Source: a virus
IMG/VR virus record: IMGVR_UViG_3300020599_000003
Location: 113,804-177,803 of that record
DNA length: 64,000 bases
Reading direction: 5' to 3' (one strand)
The position numbers and the translations under genes were made by a program. Below the pieces are notes generated by a model, which was given only the letters and a program-made list of their open reading frames with translations, was not told where the DNA came from and did not search any database. Shown in pieces: positions 36,118 to 45,672 of the stretch. Each line of letters begins with the position of its first letter. Positions within the stretch are counted from its first letter, which is position 1.

Positions 36118-37110
36118 TCAGCCCCCGAATTGTGATCGTGCGTAGTTGACGGTCTTGTCCAGCAGCACGCCGACTTGCTTCGGAAGCGTGGTGCCCGTGT
36201 AGTACAACGCGAACGACTCGGCCAGTAATTCGCGGACGTGCTCTGTAGCGTACTCGCTGACCAGGGGTTCCAGATCCTTGTTGGTCACCTGAGTGGGCCA
36301 GCACGCTTCGACTTCCGCCCAATTGTTCGACGCTATCAGGATGTTGATTTCCGTCGGCGACAGTTGGTGGTTGGCCTTGATGTACGCCAGGATCTTCGCG
36401 AAGTGTTTCTTGGAGTCGTCGTCCAGGTCGCGCTTGAACACGTTGACCGAAGTACCAGCACTCTCGAACGCTTTGCACAGGGCGCGGCAGTCGCGCTCGG
36501 ACACCGGCGTGACCTTGATGCTGCGGTTGTACAGCTTGACCCACGCACCGTTCAGGTTGTCGTTGTCCATGCAATACTGGAAGTGCATGTGATGTCCGAG
36601 CTCGTGCATGATGACATACGGATAATACGCAGCGGTCATCTTCTCGGGGCGCACGCGGATGACCGGCGTTTCGATGCCCTTCTGCTTAGGGTAGTACATG
36701 CCAGAGTATTTGCCCCCACCTTCGCCGCTGAACACTTCCCAGACGATGCTGTCTTCGATCAGGCGATGCAGGCCGTTCTTCTTGAGCTTGGCATGGACCA
36801 TGTTGATGGCGCGCCACAGGCTCTGCGCGGCTTCCTTCTCCGGCTTGTAGAAGAAGTGGACGTCACCGATGACGGGGTGTGACACCGTCTTGGTGTACAG
36901 GTTCGGTGCTATCTTCTTGTGGGGCGTGGGGCCGAAATTGGCGATCACGCCCCGCTGCTCCACGTCGATAATCTGACGCAGTTCAGGGATGTGGGCGTGC
37001 TTTTCGAGGCGGACGCGGACCATACCTTGCTTGACAGCCAGCACCTTTGCGAGTTGAGGCTTGTCGTTCGGTCCTTCCACCATCACGTAATCATTGACAG
37101 CAATGTGCAT
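36118..37110 (-). CDS. KOW/SH3-like domain plus zincin metallopeptidase-like protein
   Basis: MHELGHHMH (HExxH) and YA....ELLAESFA..Y. Confidence 0.6.
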   Translation of the reverse strand: MHIAVNDYVMVEGPNDKPQLAKVLAVKQGMVRVRLEKHAHIPELRQIIDVEQRGVIANFGPTPHKKIAPNLYTKTVSHPVIGDVHFFYKPEKEAAQSLWRAINMVHAKLKKNGLHRLIEDSIVWEVFSGEGGGKYSGMYYPKQKGIETPVIRVRPEKMTAAYYPYVIMHELGHHMHFQYCMDNDNLNGAWVKLYNRSIKVTPVSERDCRALCKAFESAGTSVNVFKRDLDDDSKKHFAKILAYIKANHQLSPTEINILIASNNWAEVEACWPTQVTNKDLEPLVSEYATEHVRELLAESFALYYTGTTLPKQVGVLLDKTVNYARSQFGG

Positions 37111-37166
37111 GAGGGCTCCTGGTTGGTATAGACATTATTTACCCCATTGGTCCGGCAGGAAAACAG

Positions 37167-37202
37167 AAAAGCCCTCCCGAGCCGAAGCAGGGGAGGGCTT
37201 TT
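37167..37202. terminator. Terminator hairpin
   Basis: aaaagccctccc...gggagggctttt. Confidence 0.75.
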
Positions 37203-37228
37203 GCCAGACACCTATGATGCCGTACTGA

Positions 37229-38227
37229 TTAGCTGAACGTGACGGCTGCGCCACCTTGTTGAGCGCCTTGAGCGGATTGCTGCACTGCCTCGACCACGGT
37301 AGCGGCTTGAGCAGGCGTTGCGACGCCCGCTGCCGGAGCGGATTGCTGCGCGGCCAGGGAAGCGGCCAGGGCCGAGAAGTCCTTGGGAGCATCGACGGGG
37401 GGAGCCAGTTCGGCTTCGGTAGTGCTTTCCTCAGCAGCCGGAACCTCCTCGGCGACATGCTCTTGCTCTTCCTCTTCCTGCTCTTCCAGCTGAGCCAGAT
37501 GCACGACCAACGAAGAGCCGGCCCGATTGTGCTGTACCGAAGTCCCCAGATATGCATCGATCTGGATCAGCTCCTCGCCGAGCTTGAACCCTGCGTAGTT
37601 CGTGGTGACGCTGGCCGGATCGAACACCGATTCGACGACCTTGTCGAAGTCCGGCGCATTGCTGAACACAAGGGCGATGCGGGTGCCGACATGCGACAGG
37701 CCACCGTGGCGCTCGATGATGATCGGTTCCTGCTCGACAGCCAGAAGTGCATTCTGCAGGTCCGAGGACGAGAGCAGCGGGGGATTGCGCTTGTCACCTT
37801 CGACCGTCAGAAACTGGATGTCGATCGGAGTGGACGGTTTGGCCTTGAAGACAGCGACGTCTTCGGACGTGACCTTTGCAGGAGCTTCGGCGGTAGCCTT
37901 GGACTTGGTTTCCGCTTCGGTCTTGACGAGGGAAGCCAGAACATCCTTGGCGGCAGCACCGGATCGGATCGCTTCGATCAGGTGCTCGGCATCGACGTTG
38001 ACGTTGTAGAACGTGTGGTTGTTCAGGAACTTTTCAACCGACATCGAGATCGGCGTTCCGTTGTCGGTGATGAAGACGACCTGCGGCGGGTTGGCTTCGA
38101 GGAACTTCGGGTTGAAGTTGCCTTCAGTGTTCGTGATGAACAGCGCGGTGACCAGCTTCTGGTTGCGAGTGTTGAACCAATTGGAGCCGGGAGTCAACAG
38201 TTCCAAGCTTTCTTCGGTATTCGTCAT
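37229..38227 (-). CDS. Hypothetical acidic protein
   Basis: 332 aa; A/Q/E-rich tail. Confidence 0.8.
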   Translation of the reverse strand: MTNTEESLELLTPGSNWFNTRNQKLVTALFITNTEGNFNPKFLEANPPQVVFITDNGTPISMSVEKFLNNHTFYNVNVDAEHLIEAIRSGAAAKDVLASLVKTEAETKSKATAEAPAKVTSEDVAVFKAKPSTPIDIQFLTVEGDKRNPPLLSSSDLQNALLAVEQEPIIIERHGGLSHVGTRIALVFSNAPDFDKVVESVFDPASVTTNYAGFKLGEELIQIDAYLGTSVQHNRAGSSLVVHLAQLEEQEEEEQEHVAEEVPAAEESTTEAELAPPVDAPKDFSALAASLAAQQSAPAAGVATPAQAATVVEAVQQSAQGAQQGGAAVTFS

Positions 38228-38321
38228 GACTTTTGATTCCTAGGTTGTTGAGAGACATCCCTGCAGAGGATAGTGAACAGTACCTGCTGCACACCCCTCA
38301 TTTACTACATCCGTTTTGGAG

Positions 38322-38642
38322 CTATTTCTGCTCGTTTTGGATCGTCTTGGAGGGGATTTCGGGGGAGCTCACGTTGAACGCTTTGGATATCGCGTCAGCC
38401 AGAGCTCGGTGCTTCTTGCCGCAGAGGATCAGCTTGATGGCTTCACCTTGAGCGAACTTCAAGTTCTCGGCCTGCGTGAGCGGTCCAGGCATGAACGCCG
38501 GATACTCACACGGGACCATCAAAGATGGATCAACTTCGACTTTCTCCTTGACGGTGACGACCACGGGGTCGGGAACTTTCGGTGGGGTGCCTACGCAGCC
38601 CGAGAGGGTAGCAGCGAGGAACAGGAGCGGAATCTTTTTCAT
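38322..38642 (-). CDS. o-spanin (Rz1-like lipoprotein)
   Basis: MKKIPLLFLAATLSGC lipobox; Pro-rich; overlaps the i-spanin end. Confidence 0.7.
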   Translation of the reverse strand: MKKIPLLFLAATLSGCVGTPPKVPDPVVVTVKEKVEVDPSLMVPCEYPAFMPGPLTQAENLKFAQGEAIKLILCGKKHRALADAISKAFNVSSPEIPSKTIQNEQK

Positions 38643-39067
38643 CTTGCGAGTAGCGCCTTTGCCAGGAAGTCGTTGTACGCTGAAGCGGTCTGCTTCTGTA
38701 CGCTGCATTCCTTGGCGATCACGGGGGATTCCTTGGTGAAGATGTCGATATTGGATAGTGACAAATCCTGGACTTTCTGCGTGAGAGTGATGAGATTGAA
38801 CGCCTGCGTCTTCAGTTCTTTCTGGAGGTCAGCGATCTTGGCGTTGCGGATCGTAGCCTCGGTATTGAACTTGTCGATCTGCGGCTGGTACACCTTGACA
38901 GTGGCATTGACTCCGTCCTGATACGCTGAGTTGTAGATCCATTTGTACGTGGACAGGCAGGCGACGAACAGGACGGCCAGGGCGACGAGGATTGCGTAGA
39001 ATTTCCAGTTGCTGAACAACCCTTTGATGGACGCCCAGATCACTGGTAATGCTGGTAAGGGGATCAT
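38639..39067 (-). CDS. i-spanin (Rz-like)
   Basis: N-terminal TM helix ILVALAVLFVACL followed by a coiled coil. Confidence 0.7.
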   Translation of the reverse strand: MIPLPALPVIWASIKGLFSNWKFYAILVALAVLFVACLSTYKWIYNSAYQDGVNATVKVYQPQIDKFNTEATIRNAKIADLQKELKTQAFNLITLTQKVQDLSLSNIDIFTKESPVIAKECSVQKQTASAYNDFLAKALLAR

Positions 39068-40080
39068 GCGAGCTCCGATTGAGAGAAGTGAGTGCGTTTG
39101 AGCTTGTCGAGAATTTCCTGCGGACAATTGCCGGGGTCCCACAAGGTCTTCTTGAGCCGTGCTGCAAGGGCATCGTTGCCCGCCTTAACAGCGGCAGCGT
39201 ACTTCGGCCAGGGATTACCCGCCGTGCGCCATAGTCGAATCGGGGATACCTCCATAAACTTGGAAGCGGATTCTACCACGACATCATTCGCACCGATACC
39301 GGCCTCATCGCCATCCATCATAGGAACTAGGTGGTCAACACCACCGGCATCCAGAAGCATCGCCTTGTTATCAGTCCAGCTATTAGTGCCGAACATACAC
39401 ATGGCGGGGATGCGGTTCATGAGCAAGCGCAGTGCGTCACGCTGCCCCTCAACCACGACCATCTTGCGCGTGCCGCTCTTCTTCATCATGCGGAGTGCGA
39501 AATCGTACGGGAACAATCCGTCGACCTTGGACCAAGGTCCTCTTGCGTGGATGTACGAAGGCTTCCCCTCCTTCTTTTCCATGCGAGCGTTGGTGTAACC
39601 GCGCAGTTCCCCGTTGATGAGGCAGGGCATGTAGATGGACTTGACACCCCACTCCTTGTGAATCATGAGCTTGCAGCCGCACGCGATCAGGAGGTTGGTG
39701 GGGATGCCGCGCCACATCTTGTTGCGTGGCAGCGGTGCGCTCCGATAATCCTCTAAGCCGGAGCGGTCGAAAATTTCGAGGGGGTTGTCGTCTGGCTCGG
39801 GCAGATTGGTCATGACCACCGAGGACTTCAGCGGCTTCATGGGGTCTCGTACGAACGGCTCAAGGCCCGTCGCTAGGGCTACGTCGTCGTATGTCCACTT
39901 CTGCTTGCAGGCAAAGCATTCGGCGATGCCGCTGCGGTAGTAGACGCGCATGGATGGGGACGTGTCTTGATGGAACGGGCAACAGATCATTGTTGCCTTC
40001 CCATTACCCATACGCTTGCTCTGTGGTAAGAGAGACAGTTGCGCAGCTATATGTCTAGCACGGTCGTCATTGGAAAGCAT
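39064..40080 (-). CDS. dnaG: DNA primase (CHC2 Zn finger + TOPRIM)
   Basis: CCPFHQDTSPSM...CFACK; VVEGQRDAL; MDGDEAG. Confidence 0.88.
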   Translation of the reverse strand: MLSNDDRARHIAAQLSLLPQSKRMGNGKATMICCPFHQDTSPSMRVYYRSGIAECFACKQKWTYDDVALATGLEPFVRDPMKPLKSSVVMTNLPEPDDNPLEIFDRSGLEDYRSAPLPRNKMWRGIPTNLLIACGCKLMIHKEWGVKSIYMPCLINGELRGYTNARMEKKEGKPSYIHARGPWSKVDGLFPYDFALRMMKKSGTRKMVVVEGQRDALRLLMNRIPAMCMFGTNSWTDNKAMLLDAGGVDHLVPMMDGDEAGIGANDVVVESASKFMEVSPIRLWRTAGNPWPKYAAAVKAGNDALAARLKKTLWDPGNCPQEILDKLKRTHFSQSELA

Positions 40081-40082
40081 GA

Positions 40083-40481
40083 CTAGTTCAGCGAAGACTT
40101 AGGTGGGGTCGGGACTAGGGGTTCAGGTAGAGTGAGGCACGAGCCACCAAACTGGAACACGAACTCGTGGAGTTGGGTGGGCTTTACTGCTTCATTTACT
40201 ATAGCCTCTGTGATGGTCTGCAGGAGCGATTCGGGATCCTGGCTAAAGAACCTCACTTCGTACAGGACGTTGGTTTCGTCACTGATGGTGAGTCGGTGTT
40301 GCGTGGCAGGGACCCGCGTGCCAAGCTCCAGAACGACTTCCAGGTGAGTGTCTGGGCCGTCAATGAAGTACGTGATAGGCTCGTCGCACACCTTCTCGCA
40401 GCTAAAGCCTGCGAGCTGCCCTGCATTCAGCCATATATTTGCGATACGCGGGATCTTGCCATCGTCGTTTGGCATCTTCAC
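40083..40481 (-). CDS. Hypothetical protein (start uncertain; overlaps the endonuclease end)
   Basis: Open frame between the endonuclease and primase. Confidence 0.5.
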   Translation of the reverse strand: MKMPNDDGKIPRIANIWLNAGQLAGFSCEKVCDEPITYFIDGPDTHLEVVLELGTRVPATQHRLTISDETNVLYEVRFFSQDPESLLQTITEAIVNEAVKPTQLHEFVFQFGGSCLTLPEPLVPTPPKSSLN

Positions 40482-41268
40482 TCCTTGCTTTCAATCGTTC
40501 AGGATCTTGCCAAGCCTTCTTGAGCGCTTCAGCGTTCTTCTTCCGATGCGTCGGATCCTTCCACCGCTCTCTAGAAGCCTTGCTTACAGCCTTCAGACGC
40601 TTTGGATCCTTCCACTGTTCCGTAGCAGATTCACTCTTACGCTTTCTTCTATCTGGGTCTTCCCAGAACTTCTTCGCAATTTCACTAGCAGCCTTGCGCA
40701 GTTCCGGATCTTGCCAGCGCTTCTTCGCAACTTCACTCATAGTTTGACTGGCTGCCCGCTTTCTCGCGGGGGTTGCCCAGCTTTTCTTATGGATTTCGCT
40801 CAGACGTTTTCGAAACTCCGGATCTTGCCATTGCGCCTTGGAAAGTTCACTGCGAATTGCCCTGAGTTGAGGGTTGCCCCAGGTTTCCCTCATCTTACGG
40901 AGGTACTGCTCAGTAGGTATGTACCCGGATGTGCCGTCTCCTCCAAGAGTCAGGTTCGCCAAGCAGCCCGTACCGTCGACTTCTCTACCATAATATGCGA
41001 TCCACTCGCATTCCAGCTTTAGAGCCTGTGCTTCGGTGAGACCTTCGTTAAGGATCTTAACGCGGATACGCTTCCCATCAGCAAGATCTTTCCGGATGAT
41101 GTTGCTCTTATGCGACTTCCCACGAAGATTGGATTCCATGAGATGTGACTCTGCCCTGCGCCCGTGGCCCTTCCCTATATAGAAGGGTTTCTGTTTCCGT
41201 TCACGATATAGACCGTAGACATAGAAGATTTTCTTACGGGACTTGGCATTGCTTCTTACAGTGCTCAT
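40402..41268 (-). mobile_element. Free-standing GIY-YIG homing endonuclease with repeated W(Q/K)DP NUMOD3-like units
   Basis: FYVYGLYRERKQKPFYIGKG, E.EWIAYYGR, L.NLT.GGDG; lower GC than neighbours; sits between polymerase and primase. Confidence 0.88.
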
Positions 41269-41286
41269 GGCAGCTCCGACTCAGAC

Positions 41287-41313
41287 AGTGGTTAGTAGTG
41301 CCATAAAATTGGG
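41287..41313 (-). promoter_or_regulatory. 27-bp element identical to 10899-10925
   Basis: CCCAATTTTATGGCACTACTAACCACT. Confidence 0.7.
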
Positions 41314-41405
41314 TGCATCACTTACCTTCTCGCATTCCATGCGTGGGAATAGTCCGAGTGGTACGAGCATTGGTTGTCCTTTCGGGGCTTCGGCCCCGAG
41401 TGAGA

Positions 41406-44400
41406 TTACTTCTTGTCCTTGTCGGTAGGTTCGAAGGAGTATGCAGCCGCCATCTTGAGTGCGTCGGGGACTACGTTGATGGCTTCAGGGACACCAAGCA
41501 GCGGGAATCGCTTGTGCAGGTATGCACGAGTGTTCTTGTTGATCCACGGTGCGAAGGCGCGCCTCATCGCTTCCTTCGGACTGCAGTCCAGCAGGCCCAA
41601 CTTCTCGCCGTCCTTGATCGACTCGCCGATGCATTCGACCAGCGACTTCATGCTGAAGTCGAACTTGTACGAGTTGGAATCGTCCATCCCGAATTCAGCC
41701 TCGATCTCCGGCTCGATGGTGTATTCCAAGCCGAAGTACTTCTTCACACGGTCGCGCGAACCGTAGGTGGCCTCATGCATCATGATGTGGAGCAGCGGGA
41801 TCACCATGTCTATTGGAACCATGAAGTAAGATGCATCATGGACGATACGCTGCACGTACAGCTTCGATGCGTGCTCCACGTCGAGATCTAGCTCCTTGGC
41901 AATAACCGGCGCTTCCATGTAGAACGTCTTGTCGATGGCCCGATTGGCTTCCGTACCCTGCTCCGATGCTACACCCTGGATAGGGGCGTTGACACCTCGA
42001 CGAACCTGCTTGGCCTGCGCCTGATTCTCCTGGATGAGCGCGGCGTACAGATGGCGGATGCGGCCGAAGGGCGAATACACGTGGAGCTTCTCCACGGCCT
42101 GCTTCTTCATGCGTTCGAGCCACGCGGCACCGCGCGGGAAGGCTGCTAGAAGCTTGTCCATGATGCCCTGAGCATATTCCTCACGATCCTCGGCACGGAT
42201 CTTGGCCATCATGCGCAATTGCTCGGCGACTTCCCTGTCGATCTCAGCGGCTCGCTTGGGATCAACCCCCGCCTTCTTCTCCTTGCGCAGCGCGACGATC
42301 TTGTCCTTGATCGCTACGATGTCCGCCGCCTTGGTTTGCTCACCGAGCGAGGCAGCACCCAGGCCGTAGATGGTGCCGAACACGGCGCGCTTAACGGCGT
42401 CACGCAGCGAGTCGGACTTCTCGACGATCTTGTTGAAGAACAGCTTGACGTTCTGAATGTGAACATCCCCGTCAGTCTTGATTTTCTTCTTGACCTCATC
42501 TGTTGGCGTAAGGATCCATTGCTGTCGTAACTTCTGCCCCTTGCGGAACGTGTCCGCAATCACCTTGTCGCCCGACACAATCGACCAGAACCGCACCTCG
42601 TGCGCGGAGAAGTCGAACTTGAGCAGGATATAACCCTTGCGCGCCACGAACGCCCGCTTGATCAGCTTGGCAGCGCGACCTCGCTGTGGAATAACTTGGA
42701 GCGAAGGTTCATACGACGCCAGACGACCAGTGGTCACACCCATGTACGAGTAGTCAGGGCGCAGCGTGTAGTCCGTAACACCGTCAATTGTGGTGCGCAG
42801 GCGCTTCAACCAGCCCCGCGCATACGTGCCGTAGAGCTTGTCGATTTCCTGGTATTCCGCGTAGGTCTCGACCTCGGCCACGCTCATCTTGTACTGTTCG
42901 ATGAACACCTTGTCGATGGCAGGTTGACCTTTGTCCGTGAAATCAACTGGCTCTAGCTTGAGTTGGTCGATGAATAGCGCAATGCGGTGGGCGGGCTTGG
43001 ACGGAGTGAACAACCACTTCGACGCCGAAGCCGCCGACGGAGCTTCCTTGGCCCACAGACCCATGCCCCGGAAACCTGAGTTGCCCAGCAGGGCGGCATT
43101 GGTTGCCTGGACGCTGTCGTAGGCCCGCAGCTCCTCGTCCTTCTCGTGGATTTCGATCTTAAGCGGAGAGTTGTCGCTAACCAGATGGCGCAGGTAATCC
43201 ACGTCTATTGCTGAGCCACACTGTCGCATGCGCGAAAGCTGATGCTCGGTTTCGCCCATGATGTACCGCATGTGGCGCCGGAAATACGGCGCGTAGTTGC
43301 GATCACCGATGAGCTGGTGCGAGGCACGCAGCATCTGTGCTCTCTTGAGTAGTTGCAGGTGCAGCACGTCGGCCGCGCAATATTTCAGCAGGCCGGGGTC
43401 GTTTGGTGGCACCTGACCGCAGGTGTCCCGCTCTTCCTTACCGAACTCCGCCGTGCTGTAGAAGTCGGACCCATAGTAGTGCGAGACGTAGCTCAAGCCG
43501 CCAGACGGCGTACCAAAGACCTTGAGCTGGTTGGCGTTCTCGTCCAGCAGATGCTCGCCCGCACGAATCTCCCAGACGTAGTGGGGCACGATCTGCACAC
43601 CCAGCACCGAGCGGATGATCCGCAAGTCGAATGCACCGTTGAAGAACAGGAGCTCGGGCAGCTCGGTGTTGTCGCAGATTTGGTGGATGCGGTGATTGGG
43701 GTGATACTTCTTCTCCCCGTTGTACTTCTTGCGGTAGAAGCTGCGGTCGCCGCGGAACGCACTGCGCAGCGTGGCCGACCAGCGTTTAGTCTGCTCCGGG
43801 GTCAGCGGCGTGGACGGGTGGTTCAACGGGATGATGTACTGCGCCCCGAGTTCTTCCTCGAAACAGAACTGGATCATGTAGATCGCGTTCTTGTACACCG
43901 AGAGGCTTCGCGTTTCCGTGTCGATTGCCACAGCCTTGGTTTTGCGCAGCTTTTCCATGACTGCGTTGAACTTGGCATCGGTGTCAACGAAGCGCGGGCG
44001 CAGGTTCCTCTTGAACTCCGGGCCAATGTCGTAGGGGTTGCGCCCAATGATCAGGTTGGCTAGGTGATGGCACCAGAAGCCGAACAGATTGCCCTTCGCA
44101 CCGTCCATTTCGATAAGGCGGGCGAAGTCGAGCGTGTTGACTGTCGGGAGGGTGACTTTGCCGTAGGGCAGTTGGTGATACCAGCCGCGCTTGAGCTGAC
44201 TGTCCTTCACCGTCGGGTGCATGGCTTTCATGGCCTGATCACCGGCTATCAGGACCTTGTGAGGCTTAACCTTCTGGATGATTTCATGCACGCGGCGGGC
44301 GAACCGCGCCTCTTCCTGAGCACGCAGCTCAGGTGGAAGGTGCAAGTGTTTACGAGCATTGAAGTTGACGACCGTGTAGGTCGGCGGGGTTAGGTCGGGA

Positions 44401-44615
44401 TCGATGCGCCGGGCGTGCTGCCGCGCGTAAGCGACAACGGCCTTGAAGGTGGGCATCACCTCCTTGGACAGAAGCGTCTTGGCTTCGATGTCCCGGAAAT
44501 CCACCGACTGCATGACGATCAGAATATGGTTGGACGTCGAGCGGTGGTCATCCTGGTAGAGCGAGAGGTCGTAGGACTCCCCGAACTCCTTGGGTTCGTA
44601 CTTGAATCGTGCCAT
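41406..44615 (-). CDS. polA: Family A DNA polymerase with an N-terminal UDG-like domain
   Basis: Exonuclease motifs IDTET, FNGAFD, YCAADV; polymerase motifs TGRLAS.EP.LQ, DFSAHEVR, KRAVFGTIYG, VHDA. Confidence 0.93.
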   Translation of the reverse strand: MARFKYEPKEFGESYDLSLYQDDHRSTSNHILIVMQSVDFRDIEAKTLLSKEVMPTFKAVVAYARQHARRIDPDLTPPTYTVVNFNARKHLHLPPELRAQEEARFARRVHEIIQKVKPHKVLIAGDQAMKAMHPTVKDSQLKRGWYHQLPYGKVTLPTVNTLDFARLIEMDGAKGNLFGFWCHHLANLIIGRNPYDIGPEFKRNLRPRFVDTDAKFNAVMEKLRKTKAVAIDTETRSLSVYKNAIYMIQFCFEEELGAQYIIPLNHPSTPLTPEQTKRWSATLRSAFRGDRSFYRKKYNGEKKYHPNHRIHQICDNTELPELLFFNGAFDLRIIRSVLGVQIVPHYVWEIRAGEHLLDENANQLKVFGTPSGGLSYVSHYYGSDFYSTAEFGKEERDTCGQVPPNDPGLLKYCAADVLHLQLLKRAQMLRASHQLIGDRNYAPYFRRHMRYIMGETEHQLSRMRQCGSAIDVDYLRHLVSDNSPLKIEIHEKDEELRAYDSVQATNAALLGNSGFRGMGLWAKEAPSAASASKWLFTPSKPAHRIALFIDQLKLEPVDFTDKGQPAIDKVFIEQYKMSVAEVETYAEYQEIDKLYGTYARGWLKRLRTTIDGVTDYTLRPDYSYMGVTTGRLASYEPSLQVIPQRGRAAKLIKRAFVARKGYILLKFDFSAHEVRFWSIVSGDKVIADTFRKGQKLRQQWILTPTDEVKKKIKTDGDVHIQNVKLFFNKIVEKSDSLRDAVKRAVFGTIYGLGAASLGEQTKAADIVAIKDKIVALRKEKKAGVDPKRAAEIDREVAEQLRMMAKIRAEDREEYAQGIMDKLLAAFPRGAAWLERMKKQAVEKLHVYSPFGRIRHLYAALIQENQAQAKQVRRGVNAPIQGVASEQGTEANRAIDKTFYMEAPVIAKELDLDVEHASKLYVQRIVHDASYFMVPIDMVIPLLHIMMHEATYGSRDRVKKYFGLEYTIEPEIEAEFGMDDSNSYKFDFSMKSLVECIGESIKDGEKLGLLDCSPKEAMRRAFAPWINKNTRAYLHKRFPLLGVPEAINVVPDALKMAAAYSFEPTDKDKK

Positions 44616-44651
44616 TGTGTGCTGTCTCTCTAGCTATGGCGTTGGAAATGC

Positions 44652-44678
44652 AAAAGGGCCAGGAATCACCCCGGCCCT
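44652..44678 (-). terminator. Terminator-like hairpin
   Basis: aaaagggcc...ggccct with a T-run on the minus strand. Confidence 0.55.
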
Positions 44679-44695
44679 GTACTGCTGATGCGTAT

Positions 44696-45049
44696 TTACG
44701 CCGAAGCGCGCTGCTCAGCTCGGAGCAGCTTCAGCTCACGGGCAGCGTCGCGCAGGCGATCGAGGTTCTTGGTCGAGGCGTCATCCGCCCACGCAAGCGC
44801 AGCAGCCAGCACGTCGGATTCCGCGATCTCGATGTCTTCGGGAACTACGATTTCCAGGCTATGGATACGCACGCTGGAACGTGTGGCGAGAAGCCCCGTA
44901 AGCTCGGCTTCCTGAAAGTCCTGCTTGAGCTTGTCCAGCTGTTCCTGGGTAGGTTCCCAGTCCGGGTTGCCTGCCGTGATGTGCGTCATGGTGCGCGTCT
45001 TCGCCGCACGCAGGCTGATGGGCAGTTGGGGTTCGCTGCGCTCGCTCAT
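44696..45049 (-). CDS. Small protein carrying a portal-like segment
   Basis: MTHITAGNPDWEPTQEQL..L...F..AEL..LLATRSSV versus the portal's MTHVTAGDSDWTPTGQEL..L...F..AELDPIGGWVTTRNSV. Confidence 0.7.
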   Translation of the reverse strand: MSERSEPQLPISLRAAKTRTMTHITAGNPDWEPTQEQLDKLKQDFQEAELTGLLATRSSVRIHSLEIVVPEDIEIAESDVLAAALAWADDASTKNLDRLRDAARELKLLRAEQRASA

Positions 45050-45366
45050 TCGAGTTCGTCCAGTCCTTTGTCCAACTCGTCCAACTCGTCCTGCTCGCCG
45101 CGCTCGAAGCACAGCACGTTGCTGATCGAGATCAGGTGGACGTCCTCGCTGATGCGCGTGAAGCGGTCGTAGTACACGGTGTCGCCGACCTTGACTTCGT
45201 TGTACACCGTCTTGCCATACTCGGTACGGGCACGGGCGACGGCCTTGACCACGCCGACCTTGTATTCACGGTTCGTGGTTTGTGCCAGCACGATGCCGCC
45301 GGCCGAGGTCTTCTCGTCGTCTTTCGGGGTGACCAAGACGCGGTCGCCAAATACTTGCAATGTCAC
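45046..45366 (-). CDS. groS: GroES-like co-chaperonin
   Basis: LQVFGDRVLV...KTSAGGIVL...GVVKAV...VKVGDTVYY; GTG start with RBS AAGGAG. Confidence 0.92.
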   Translation of the reverse strand: MTLQVFGDRVLVTPKDDEKTSAGGIVLAQTTNREYKVGVVKAVARARTEYGKTVYNEVKVGDTVYYDRFTRISEDVHLISISNVLCFERGEQDELDELDKGLDELE

Positions 45367-45414
45367 GTGTATCTCCTTGGTTGCGCCGGGCCGGTATGGC
45401 CCTAGACATGGTAT

Positions 45415-45672
45415 TTACTGCTTTGGCAGGAAGTCCAGGTTCCAGCGAATGCTGCGGCTGGCCCAGATATTGACGCGAGTTTGTAGGTTGTCGGGGCGGC
45501 AATGCACGCCAAACCCGGCGATGCGGCCCGCGCTATGCTCGTTGCGCAGGAAGCGGGTAAGGCCCGTGACGATGTCAGCGTAGGCATCGGATGGACGCTC
45601 GTTGTTTTGGACCGCCTGCGCATAGAGCGTCTGGAGCTGGCCCTGCAAAGCAGATGGGTAGTCGGCTGTCAT
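45415..45672 (-). CDS. Hypothetical protein
   Basis: 85 aa; overlaps the helicase stop. Confidence 0.6.
   Translation of the reverse strand: MTADYPSALQGQLQTLYAQAVQNNERPSDAYADIVTGLTRFLRNEHSAGRIAGFGVHCRPDNLQTRVNIWASRSIRWNLDFLPKQ

Noticed and set aside
41406-44615. Intein or intron in the polymerase, terminase or gyrase
   Set aside because: No C1/HN splice motifs or LAGLIDADG blocks; the polymerase insertion near the fingers is a short helical segment.
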